Shown piece after piece: positions 1 to 11,142 of a DNA stretch of 64,000 nt. Under the pieces are notes generated by a model. It did no database searches and was not told the DNA's origin. It worked only from the letters and a program-made list of their open reading frames with translations. This stretch comes from Takakia lepidozioides. Taxonomy: Eukaryota; Plantae; Bryophyta. The stretch is from positions 9,486,001 to 9,550,000 of the forward strand of contig CM060733.1 in assembly GCA_030704615.1 (NCBI GenBank), given 5' to 3'. How positions within the stretch are numbered: the first letter of the stretch is position 1; each line of letters begins with the position of its first letter. The position numbers were made by a program, and so were the translations under genes.

Positions 1-1699
1 GTCATGGAAATGATTCTGGTGATTTGAGAAGCACTGGTACTCGGACAAAGCTTGCTCTGCCATGTTCAAGGGCGTGAGTTACATGATGACCTATACAAGC
101 CCGACTTTGGCATCCACATCGTCTCTCAAATCCGTATTGTCCAGCAAGAATGGATCCAGCAAGGCCCCCGCATAATACAAGTCCGTGCGAACCATCCGTT
201 TGCGGTCGTAAAATGCATCCTCGGTCCTTGCCGCCAAATCATCGTCCATAGAAAATGGAGGACGCCTCAAGGATTGTACGTGCTTCTCAAGGTTTTTCAA
301 TATCAATCATGCTTTACCCATTATTGGTTGTTTTCCATCAAACTCCTGCAAAGCAATCAACACTGGCTCCACCATGTATACAAAATTTGCACATTTCGCC
401 CAGAAATCGTCGGAGCGAATGATTGCGCGGACCTTCCGACTTTTGCTCAAAGACTTGGACTTACGAGAGTCGCGTAAGGTGCCCACATACGCATCCCATT
501 GAGGGTCAATGATCACCTGCTCCAGACCCGCCCTCACAATCACCAGTCGATCCACCATCAAAAAATTTGTGGCAAAGCTCACCCGGGTTCCTAAGGCTGT
601 ATTTGGGTTCATGCTTTCTAAACAATGCCAGAGGGATGTGATGTGTACGAATAAACGTCACAACCGACTTTGCCTTTTTTAATAGTTGTTTCATCCATGA
701 TTCTTTTCCCCAATCCTCCAAAAGGAGATCAAAGATATGAGCAGCACACCCTTGGTAATATAGATGAGGATATCGTACCATCAAAATATCGGCCATATTA
801 ACCATGTTACATGCATCGTCCGTGCACACTTGGACAATTTTATCAGCTCCAATTTTATCGATGAAACTCGTCAACAACCCTGCTTGATAACGTGTATATT
901 TTCTCTCCCCGCTTGTATCAACGGATCCCAAAAATTGTTCCCCTGCAGGACAGACCAGCATGACATTGAACAGTGGTCGATTAGTAACAGAACTCCAACC
1001 GTCCGCACATATAGTGCTTCCATATTTCCGGAGAGAATCACCTGTTTTTTCATTCACCTTTTTGGTGAGGTCAGACATAGCCTCTTCTAGCAATCATGTG
1101 CGGAGATCGCGATAACTCGGAGGTGTGTATGTGGACTTGGAATCGGACGTGGCTTTGACAGCAGCCACAAATGCAGGAAGCCTCGAGACATTGAACGGAA
1201 TATTGACCTCGTGGATAAATTGGGCCCACTTCTTATCCAGAGTCCTCCTATGCGACAAATTTAAACCTTCTTGCATTGATTGTTGCCTCAATGGTCTGGT
1301 CCGTACAAGTGCTGGCGTACAATCGGGTGTTGCTCCTGCCCCATCGGCTTCTCCACGAACAGCAGATGCCTCGCAAGAATCCCCTTGGGTACAACTCTGA
1401 GGGACATTTTAATTCAAACCTGGAGTGTTTGGCTCAGAAGTCGCGGCCACATCAAGAGACAGTGGGATATTGCCTCCACATTGGGCAAAGTGGGCTTTCA
1501 TTCGCATGGAGGCTTTTGGGCACAAACTAACCCCTGCATTCTTCCCATCTCTATAGCCGAGATGATATAACATGCGATCTTTGCGACCTGCCAGCTTCAA
1601 TGCACAAAAATTGCATTGAACACCGTCCTTTTTGTGCGGGTCTACGGTGAACCAAGGGATCCACTCCTCCCTCATCCTCACACCCAAAACCCTAACCAC
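1..1699 (-). mobile_element. hAT-type transposase remnant (BED finger + DUF659/RNase H-like), disrupted; runs off window start
   Basis: ORFs 1409-1699 (CNFCALKL..RMLYHL..C, BED-like), 1094-1291 (WAQFIHEVNIPFN..PPSY..LRT), 506-1093 (TICADGWS..RPLFNVM; IVQVCTDDACNM; GCAAHIFDLLLED), 307-612 (FATNFLMVDRL) and 91-306. In-frame stops at 1409, 1094 and 307; frameshift near 590. Confidence 0.9.
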
Positions 1700-2098
1700 A
1701 GACTTAAGGTTGAACGAAGAACGCTAGTATACTTGGTAGATTTATCAAGAGCAATAGAAGTTAGAACAGAATGCGATGCCCCAACACTACGGCATCAATC
1801 CAAGTGGATCAATGCACCATGTAGTATTGTGCTTTTCGACAATTTACTGCAGTGGCTTTGGTGGAAGTCACAACAGCAAACGGTCCACACCCTCCTCTTG
1901 GGCTTACACTCTTGCTCAAAGAATATAGAACATTCACTCGCCACAAAAGTGTTTGCCACAAAAGAAGTGAGGGGCATTGGGACCACCTTATATACCCTCC
2001 AGCCTCCAATCCTCACACGCTCGACGAATCAGAATCCAATGCTGTGACCGCTCCAGGTCGCTCGAAGAAGTCGCATGTTGTTTTAAAAAAAAAACTGC

Positions 2099-2490
2099 TG
2101 CGACCACCCTCATGCTGGTGGTCGCAGATATTAAAAAACAGAAAATTGCTGCGACCACCCCCCTGTTGGTGGTCGCACCTATTTTTTTAAAAAAAATGCT
2201 GCGACCACCCCCATGTTCGTGGTCACAAAGATTATTTAAAATAAAAAAATAAAAAAATTGTTGCGACCACCCCCTGTTGGTGGTCGTACCTATTACAAAT
2301 AAAATAAAAATTGTGCGACCACCAGTAGCGGTGGTCACAACTGTTTAAGAAAAGAAAAAAATACGACCACCCCTATTGGTGGTCGCATTTATTTTTAAAA
2401 AACAAAAATGCTGCGACAACCCCTCTGCTGGTGATCGCAACTATTAAAAAATAAGATAAATTCTGCGACCACCACCATTTGGAGGTCGCA
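2099..2490. repeat. Array of 8 hairpin units TGCGACCACC-loop-GGTGGTCGCA separated by A/T tracts; probable CACTA-type subterminal repeats
   Basis: Units start at 2099, 2150, 2200, 2262, 2314, 2362, 2412 and 2464 (period about 50-60 bp). Each is a self-complementary 26-28 mer. Confidence 0.85.
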
Positions 2491-2689
2491 CCAATTAAAC
2501 AATAATGATTTTACAAATATTGGCGGATGAAGTAATTTATAAAACAATTCATTCACTTGCCAAGGTGTCGTCTGGAATACAACGTGTCCACCTACGTGAC
2601 ATATTTTTCACCTAACTCATGTTTTACTGATTTTTCGGCAAAACTGACGTGACGTTGGTCGCGTCAGCGTCAGGTCCGACGTGACGTGA

Positions 2690-3960
2690 CGTCACTGATG
2701 TGAGCAACCCTGATTAACATGACATAAGCGCTGGTGCCACAGATCAATGCTCTGTGTGGCTCCCTTCTTGGTTTCCGTGCCAAAAGTATTGGAAATGAAT
2801 GCTCTATGGACAAGAACTGATGTTTCAACAAGCAGCTTATACATAGTCCCTTTGATGATGCCTTCGATAAGGGTTTCACCACCTTGGACGAGCTTACAGC
2901 CGGTTCTAGAGTGTATTGTCTTTATGTTAAGCATGGCTGCCTTGTATACTGAGAACAGATTGCTACCAATGCCTGGTACATGCATGACATTCTTAAGAAC
3001 CGCTGTCTCCCAGCTCTGTCCATTGAACGTGCAAATGTTTATGTCGCCACTGCCATAAACAAGAAGGTGGGTACCACTTATATCTTGAACATGTCTTTGA
3101 TCCGCTGAAACATCCTTGTATTTGACAAATCAGTAGCGTTTGTCTGCTATGTGGTCCGTGCAGCCGCTGTCTGCAATCCAAGATTCGCAGTTGGTGTTGA
3201 GAGATCCCACTGACGTCATGTATGCTCTGTGCGAATTCTTGGAATCTTTTGCAGGTGTTGATGTAGGCTTCTTGATATCTCCACAGACATTCCTTGGCCA
3301 GTGTCCCGACTTACCACATTTCCAACACTCTGTATTCTTCTTCATATCATTGATCTCTTTGCAACGCTATTGACGTTGCTCATACGTCATGTTGGACCGT
3401 TCTGCTCCGATCTTCCCTTTGGCGTTTGTGACGTAAGCCGCAGCTGGCGAGCTCTGCAGCTCCCTTTTTTGGATGAGTGAAAATGACTGTAGCAGTCCGG
3501 AATGTTTCCAAGAACCTTGGCAATGATGTTAGTGTCTGCAATACTAGGGTCACCTAAACGAGACATTTGACTCTTGATCAGTTTGACCTTGCTAATGAAC
3601 GATATCATTGCTCTCGAACTTACACTGGTAGAACTTGACCTGAAGATCGTGAATGTTATCATTTGCTCTCTGATCGTGCATTGTTTTTAGCAAGTCCCAA
3701 ATGCCCTTAGACGATGTGCGTCCACTCACAAGATCAAGTATAGTGTCATCGACAACAGTGCAAAGCAAAGAGTCAGGCAAAGAGGTAGCCTGACCATCAT
3801 TCTTTGTCCACTCTACTCTCTCAGTTGCCTATGCTTCTGATGGTTTGACGACTGTGCCGTCTACTACTCCCATAAGGTCTCTCCCTAAGAATAGTGTTCT
3901 CATCTGGAAGCTCCATAGGTGAAAGTTTTGTCCGTTGAACTTCTTGATGGCAGTTGCACT
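2690..3960 (-). mobile_element. Ty1/Copia gag-protease-GAG-pre-integrase fragment, degenerate
   Basis: IKKFNGQNFHLWSFQM (gag N-term, ~3900-3950), CWKCGKSGHW zinc knuckle, SWIADSGCTDH protease, LWHQRLCHVN pre-integrase motif; multiple frameshifts. Confidence 0.9.
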
Positions 3961-3989
3961 ACACACCGTATACCGCATCTAGTCTACTC

Positions 3990-4277
3990 TTTACACCAGG
4001 AAGTCATTTACATGGAGCAGCCTGCGGGCTTCCAGGATCCGGCATCGCCAGATCTAGTTTGTAGGCTCCAAAAGGCTTTGTATGGACTGAAACAGTCTCC
4101 CCAAGTCTGGAATCGAAAGTTTGACCAATTTCTGCAAGACTGTGATGTTGTTGTCCCAAATGCAAATTGTCGTGTCTATGTAAACAAGGCGAATCCGAAG
4201 CTAATCATAACCATCTGGGTGGACGATGGCATTGCGTGCAACACCATGAATGATTCCATCCGGGACATTATGAACTA
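3990..4277 (+). mobile_element. Ty1/Copia reverse transcriptase, 5' part
   Basis: IYMEQPAGF..VCRLQKALYGLKQSPQVWN..IWVDDGI; interrupted at about 4277. Confidence 0.92.
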
Positions 4278-5789
4278 GGTAGCGCCCCGCAAGGGCGGCT
4301 ACGAGGGGTATTCTGTTCCTATCTACGCTTCGAGACCCGCAAGGTCGAGGCAGGTAGGAACATAATACCCCCAGTAGCTAAGCGCCACGTGGGGCAGCTA
4401 CCGTGCGTAGCGCACGCAGGCCCGACTCGAGCCGTAAGGTACTTTATAAATCAGGTAGGTACCTCATTTTTCCAGATAGGTAGCTACGCTTTTCGTCCAA
4501 GCTCTTCTTTCTGAGGTTTGGGCGCGAGAGAATGCACACGATTTGAGTTTTAGGGGCTGCCAGCTGCACATCAATATTGGACGCTGCTGAGCTCCAGCGC
4601 GAATTGGCCACTGCAAGCTTAGTTAAGGTTGTGATCGTGGCTTTTTTTGTGTGCATCTTGCTCAGTTTCAATTTCATGCTTTTTGTGATGGATTCTGTGA
4701 AAGAAGTTCGCACTGCTAGGAAGAGAAATAAGAAAGCATGCTTGAACAAGATTTCTTGCAGTGCTGTTGGGAGTAGTGGATCTTGTATACAGTTTTGTGT
4801 GCCTACTTTTGATTTGGGAATCGATCTCTCCAACAGGAAGCAACGACCCAGTCGTGTTGTGCCTTTTGACCCGACTATTCGTGATCCTATGATTGAAGCA
4901 CAACCGCCCGACACCATTATGAAAGTTGTGAAGTTTGAGAGCGAGTCTCGGAGACTATTGGCACTATCGACAGTAGTGGACACTCGCATGTCTCCCTCAT
5001 CTGGTGTAATGGTGGTAGCTGAGCGCAATGTGCCTCAGGGTGTGAGAGGCGAAATACCGAGTGTAGTTGAGGTTGAGGGCAACTCACTTATGGTAGTTAA
5101 GCGTGAGGCCAACTCACTTCCGGTAGTTGAGCGAGATGCACTTGTTGTTGAATCTTCCATCCCATCTCTAAATGCATGGAAATTGACTCACTTTCAGATC
5201 TATGTTAGTCAGGCTTCAAGTCATGAGGTAGAAGTTGTCAGGCAGGACCTGGTTCTTGATTCTGTGGAGGTTGAGGATCCCATTGATGTTGTCATTGCAC
5301 CTCTCACAGTGAGTGCTCCTAAAGCGGCCACTAGGGCCAAGAAAGGCCTCTCTTGTGTCCCAACCCCTTGCCCTCAAGGCAAAGGGCCGCGATAGCTTTT
5401 GCAGCCCGTGAGCAGTGGTGATCTGGTGAGAACGGTGTGCCAGTATCCGCCGTTCCTCATCAGCCTTGATCCATCTTTTTTTTGAACCATCAAGAAGAAT
5501 TTACAAAGCATTCCTGCAAGGTCTCGCAGGGGAAGGTACTTCTTGGAAGTACATTCCTATCAATGCTCATAATTGCTCTCCACTCGTCAAAACGGTTTCT
5601 GCATCATGTTTGATTACGTGGGCTAGCAACGCTACTGTCACTCATCAACTTCTCGAAAGCAGCTTGGTCAAAATCCATGAATCTTGCGGAAATCACTACC
5701 GGCTCATGCACTACAAGCTGGTTCTTGGTGGGGGCGGTGGTAACAATAGATACTGGGGCTGAAGCACCCTTGAGTGCCCAAGGCACTCA

Positions 5790-6393
5790 AAGAGGCGGAG
5801 GCGCTCACTAGGTGGAGCCCCGCACACCGGGTTGTGGTGGGGGTGGTTCCACGAGGGGTGATGATAGCTTAGTGGGACTTAGTGGGGGTGGCATAGGACT
5901 CACCATGGGGGCGGAGACCTTGTGGTGAGAGTCGTGGGGAGTCTTGGGACTCATCACGGTCCAATGGGGCCGTGGTGGGTGGGCCAAGACTCACCGCGAC
6001 TCATCACCGGGAATCGAGGGTTTTCGTGGTGGTTCGCCATAAAATGACTGGGTTGTTTGTGAAACCCTCGCGGACAGTCACATAAGTATATATAGGGAGT
6101 AGTAACCCTGAGAACGGTGCAAGCCCGTTGGTGACCAAAAACTAGTGAGTAAGCGTGCGAGCCGGAAAGCGACCAAGGTGTGGGGAGCTGTTCCGGACTG
6201 CCAACAACCAAAGGGAATTTCCACTAGGCCCAAATTGAGAGAGGGTCTTGTGGAGGAGCAAAGAAAGACCGTTATGTCTCGGCGAGCAGCCGAAGCTCCG
6301 AGTTGGCCCGGCAGCCAGTTTGGGAGTTAGACGCGCGTATCAAAGCGAGTAACTATGACTTGAAGGGGAATTTACCGAAGTGAGGTGCGTGAC
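5790..6393. mobile_element. Partial LTR-like segment nested in the Crypton-like element
   Basis: GC-rich non-coding block with TATATATAGGG at ~6087; ends GGTGCGTGACA, a typical LTR end, exactly where the recombinase reading starts. Confidence 0.5.
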
Positions 6394-7030
6394 AAAAGCG
6401 CATTGCATGGTACTGCCTAAGCGTGTTCTTGATTTGCGGGGGTAACGAACTCTACAAACTACTATTGACTGATTTCGAGCTTGGGCAAGATGGCGGGAAG
6501 ATATATCTAAAGTAAGAATCTCACCTATCTTGAGTTCAAGAAGCTAGTGCATGTCTGCTTTTATAACTCCATGTACTTGCTGAATCTAACGTCATGTTGC
6601 CTTGCTATGTTTCAGGTATGATGAAAGGTTATCAAAAACCTACAAGATTACGACCAAGAAGTTCCAACATGAACACTTTAGGCCCCCTGTGTTCTCGTTC
6701 GATCCTGACGTCGTATTGACCTACATGATACTGCTACAACACATGCCAGCTAACCTTGACGGCAAAGCCCATCTATTCCTTTCCCCGATTCCTCATCCTT
6801 CTAATATTGTTTGGCACAAGCGTGCGATTAATGTGGGCAGAAATGTAATACAGAAGTACTTGAAGGATATGGCTGCAGCAGCAGGGATAGTTGGCGATAT
6901 TACAAATAAGTCTCCTAGAATGACAACGATTAGCAGAATGTCTGCACTCAGGTTCCTCAGGACGTGATCATCAATGTGACTGCAATGTGAAAACCTTGTC
7001 TCGCTATGACAAGAGTCTGTAGAAAGCGGC
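6394..7030 (+). pseudogene. Tyrosine recombinase catalytic domain (Crypton/DUF3504-like) with GT-AG intron 6512-6615
   Basis: Splicing AA|gtaag...ttcag|G restores the frame (IYLK-YDERLSK). RGG motif appears as CGG (CGC>TGC); HxxR position reads TNKSPR; TGH motif deleted; catalytic Tyr candidate in LSRYD. Confidence 0.8.
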
Positions 7031-7956
7031 TCAGCAACTGAGCAGAGATCCTTATGAGCTCACAACTGGTGCTCATCTTAGTTTTGATCACTACTATCAA
7101 ATTGAGCTAGCTAGGTACCATGCAAATGAACTTAGTGGTTCTAATTTGCCGGTCTCCTCTCAGGACAAGATTGCAAGCATTGCGGAGGCAAAAGCTATGC
7201 AGGACGACATTCCTTGCATTGCATGTTGGTTTGAGGAACCTGAAGCAGCCTCTGCGACTCCTCCACAACGAATGGTCATGGAGGACGTGACCAACGTCAC
7301 CCCCCTCAAGTCTTGCACGGCTGCGGGTTATTGCGTAGAGGAACGTTACAATGCACGATCATGCAGGGTTGCGGAGGAATTTTCAGGCTCCTTGCACCTC
7401 TGCGAGTTCCATGCAGCAGCCAAGAGTGCGCACTCCTCAACGTTATCCATCATTCAACCAGACTATGAATGTTCCTCATACTGCAGCTGTGGCAGGTGTT
7501 GCTACCCATAAGGCTCCTCCATTTTCTAGCTTCGTATATGCTAGACCACCTCCAATAGTTATACCTCCAACTCCAGTTGCTAGACCTCCATCTCCTATAT
7601 CTGTGGTTCCTGTATCTCCATCACCACATGTCGACACTTTTTGGGACAATTTCGGTTGGGACCACTTTTTCCAGTGATTCCTGAACGGCTCCTATTTCCT
7701 TGACACCAACTGCTGTTCACGAGGAGAAAAGACCAGCGCAGAAAGCATTAAGGTTCAAAAGCTTCATCTACGTAGGTAGGCAACTGTCCAGATTACTGAA
7801 CTGTCTGGTACTATTGCGCCCACTTTCTGAGGCACACTACTGGCTGCCACTCCCAAAATCCAGATGCGCTTTCGATTTGGAGGAGCTCAGTTTCTGTCTG
7901 GCGCTTCGGTTGACGAATTCTGGTTTTTGACGGCAGGATAAATACAAAGAGAAAAA

Positions 7957-8820
7957 ATGCAAAGTGCTTTATGATTACTAAAGGACCAGCCGAAGCTCAT
8001 GATCCATCTGGACCAGAGACGCTATCTTGAGCAGGTGCTAAAGCGTTTTGGTCATCCAGTAGCAGTACCCGCAGAGCCCAACAGTGCAACTGAGCTAGTG
8101 GTATAACGGAGGACCGGCAGAACCTCAAGTAGTCTGGCCATATCGGGAGTGTATTGGTTGCTTACAGTTCGCAAGCATTGGCACTAGATTCGATATCAAT
8201 TATGCGGTCAGCAGCAACGCAGCCAAGTTTAGCAACCGGCCAATTGCATCACATGTCGAAGCGGATCCTAAAATATGTTCTAGGTACGCTGGGCTACAGG
8301 CTCACGTATGGACGGGGAAAACGGGAAAACCAACGGATCTGCATCGACTAACAGTATACTGTGATGCGGACTACGCTGCCGACATTGACGATCGAAAATC
8401 AAGATCCGGGTTTCTTCTTAAGTATGATGAATGGTGGACCGGTGGCATAGGGCTCTCGCAAGCAGACATGCACCGCAAGCAGCACGACGGAGTCGAAGTA
8501 TGTGGCAGCTGCCCTCGCCACTCACGAAGTCATGTGGATGCGGCGACAAGTGTTCGATCCCCACAGTCCCACCCTACCAGATTGTTTAGCGATAACCAAT
8601 CCGCAATTCGCCTTGTTCACAACCCGGTCTTCCATCAGCAAATCAAATATAGGTGAAGTACCACAAGATCCGAGATGCTCAGCTGGAGGGTGAAGTTGAT
8701 CTTACGTATGTGAGCACAGAGAATCAGCTCGCTGACATTTTAACCAAGCCATTACCGCGCGATCATTTCCAGCGCATGTGCTACCTTGCTTGACTCACAC
8801 CTGCCCCAAATCTCTAAAGT
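7957..8820 (+). mobile_element. Ty1/Copia RT 3' part + RNase H, degenerate
   Basis: IHLDQRRYLEQVLKRFG; KRILKYVLGT; YCDADYAADIDDRKSRSGF; FSDNQSAIRLVHNPVFH; NQLADILTKPLPR. Confidence 0.92.
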
Positions 8821-8869
8821 AACGCATTGTGGTGAAGTGGGAAAACTGGTTTTGAGTCATCACAGTGCT

Positions 8870-9139
8870 GAGTGGGAGTATTGGAGAATATGAACATGTG
8901 TAACTCGAACCAAGTGGAACTAGCCGTAGGAGAATGAATCATTAGTCGATTAGTTTCTAGCAAGCAATCATGCGTGAAGTTCCCGCCAGGAACACCTAGA
9001 CTGTCTCTCGCACCTCTGAGTAGCAGTAGTGTGTACTGCTAGCTGCAGTGTGTAGCCAGAGTTGAGTATGCTCTATACCTAGGGTTTGGTACACGAGTTG
9101 TAACCCTTGCTTATTACGGTTTAATATGTATATCTTCCA
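8870..9139 (+). mobile_element. Copia polypurine tract (8870-8878) and probable 3' LTR (8879-~9139)
   Basis: GAGTGGGAG follows the RNase H and precedes TATTGGA...CTTCCA; the SDR stop codon is 8 bp further on. LTR right boundary is approximate. Confidence 0.65.
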
Positions 9140-10964
9140 TTAAAGGTTAGTGAGCCTTGCAAAAGTCTTCACTGAATTTCCAGAGTTGAGCAGCCAACTT
9201 CGTATCGTTTCCGTAGCCCCCGCAAGTAGCTTCCTTGCAGTTCACAAAATATTTTTCACAGATTCCCTTGAGATTCGGCTGAGTTGCAGCATAGCAGGTA
9301 GGAGCTGCCCCCTGCACATAGCATCACCGTCCATTCTATACACTTTAATACAAAGGGAAAAAGAAGACCTAATTACATCTCAAGTGTTCAAAATCTTGTT
9401 AGTGCGTATGCTTGTCTTGAAAACTGGACAGTAAAGGATCAGTAAAGGTGTAGTAGAGTGCAGGGGCTTTGATTTCTGCAATAGATCGATCCGAAGTCGA
9501 TTTAACATTTAACATTTATCTACTAGTTATGTGTATTAGAATAGTGCTTCAAGATGAATCTGCAATATTACTACAATGGATCAATTTAAGAAGTATTCGC
9601 CATGTGCACATAATTGAGGATTATACTTCAAAAAGGGCTGAGCAATACAACTGAGCAGTAGTATATCTAGATTTCGGAGGGGTGGACAAGTCCGGCCATG
9701 AACAACAAAGGTTACAGATTTTCTTGCATGTAGTCTGTTGTTGCGAGGAAGGAAAAACCAACGAGCCGTTTGTACAATGAATAAGTACTCTATGTAGGTC
9801 TCACCATTTTTACAAATTCTTGACTAGAACTATGATGTTAGAGTAAGAAACTTGGCCTCATTTTGAACTGATTTCCCTTACCTGTGGGACTGATTTCAAG
9901 TATCGGAGAAAAGAAGGAGAGTGAAGAAGCAAGTTTCTTCTGTCACCAACAACATTACACAACATTTCACGATCTTCAGCTCTTACTTTGTTTCTATTTC
10001 TTACAGTGTCCTGATGGAAACAATCCACTACTAGTTACCCTGATGAGGAAATCTTATGCTGCAAACTTAGGATCAGTATTATCTTGAGATCAAGTAATGC
10101 TATAACTCCCTTAAATAATTACTGGTGGTGAGATATCATAAGTGAAATTCTCCACTTCCACTCATCTCCCGTCCGCATGACCGTTCGTAAGGGATATTAC
10201 ATGAACATTGTACTAGAAATCTCCGGCAATGGTAATTCTCTCTATAAGACTTCCTAGCACACCTCAAATTAGATCCACAATATTTCAATCATACGCTGGG
10301 TTTTATATAGTGAAAGGATTGCTGTTGCGATTTTTGTCTGTATCAAGCCTGGGTGCACAGCGTTGATTGTAACGTTAGTTACTCCCTCCTCCTGCACCAG
10401 CCAAAAATCATATATATTAAAGACAAGACAGAGAGAACGGTACATGAGAGAACTAGCGATAAGGAACGAGACTGGGGTGAAGAGAAATCTAAAGCTGTAG
10501 CTTAATTTACAGGTTAAATAGTTACTTCAATTGATCAATGTTCTCAACTTCAAGAAGACTATGAACGAGCTATAACCAGTCTTAAATGTAGTCACGCCCG
10601 TTCTATCTGACTTAATCTTTCCCAAGACAGATGTTTGAGAACTTAGATCATAAAAGATAGGGCTGGATTTTTCCTCTAGTAACTATAGGTACGTCTGGCT
10701 GAACGACACATTCCGATTGTGTTGATCACTCCAATTCTCCACACATATTCCGATCGATCTGGAGCACGCAACGATCAATCTCTTACGCAAGTGAAGGGGA
10801 TTTTATGTACTTACCTTTTACAAGGATTCGCTGACATTGAACTGGAGGGGCCCAGCGCCAGTGAACGGCCATCTTTCAATTACAAATGCCAGATTGAATT
10901 TCATGTGGGCTTATACCTAGCGGTATGAAGAATATCTCCTGTGCGGTTACTGTAGCATTGTAGA

Positions 10965-11142
10965 AAGAAAGAAAGAAAGAAATGGTGCTTTATAACGTCC
11001 GCGGAAAACTCATAGAGCTTGTGGGACAAAGTGGAAAGAAAAACATGAGAGAGAAACAGGAAACCAGAGTCAGAGATAAGAACTATTGTTCGAGTGATTG
11101 TCTAAGGGTGAATGCCTTGTGCAGGTAAGCTGCCAAGCATTT
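10965..11142 (-). repeat. Dispersed ~170-bp repeat, probable non-LTR retroposon (LINE/SINE) 3' end with (TTTC)n tail
   Basis: Near-identical to 20491-20665; reverse-complement copies at 26297-26360, 26625-26760 and 26776-26940. Confidence 0.8.

Larger units (their letters stand above)
4278..7956 (+). mobile_element. Crypton-like (DUF3504/ZMYM-type tyrosine recombinase) element inserted in Copia RT; rearranged and dead
   Basis: The Copia RT reading stops at 4277 and resumes at ~7957. The insert has stacked hairpins at 4279-4440. Recombinase catalytic domain on + at 6394-7030 (IAWYCLSVFLICGGNELY..intron..YDERLSKTYK..LFLSP..NVGRNVIQKYLKDMAAAAGIVGDITNKSPRMTTISRM..LSRYDK). Core-binding motif RFDEWR..KFFLMVQKKDGS on - at 5460-5730. 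Confidence 0.75.

Noticed and set aside
2099-2490. CRISPR array
   Set aside because: Spacers are low-complexity A/T runs, repeats vary in their loops, the context is eukaryotic, and there are no cas genes.
4577-5395. 272-aa ORF as a host gene
   Set aside because: It lies inside the insertion, starts at TTG and is low-complexity; probably the element's N-terminal region.
3951-8092. 10-bp inverted match AGTGCAACTG (3951-3960 vs 8083-8092) as an inversion breakpoint
   Set aside because: Both copies fit their local coding frames and the geometry does not explain the gag/RT flip; likely chance.
10815-10917. Extra SDR exon (AG..GT bounded on -)
   Set aside because: Translation shows no SDR similarity, and the flanking exons already join in phase.
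10965-11142. Hammerhead ribozyme / Penelope repeat
   Set aside because: No CUGANGA..GAAA core in the repeat on either strand.
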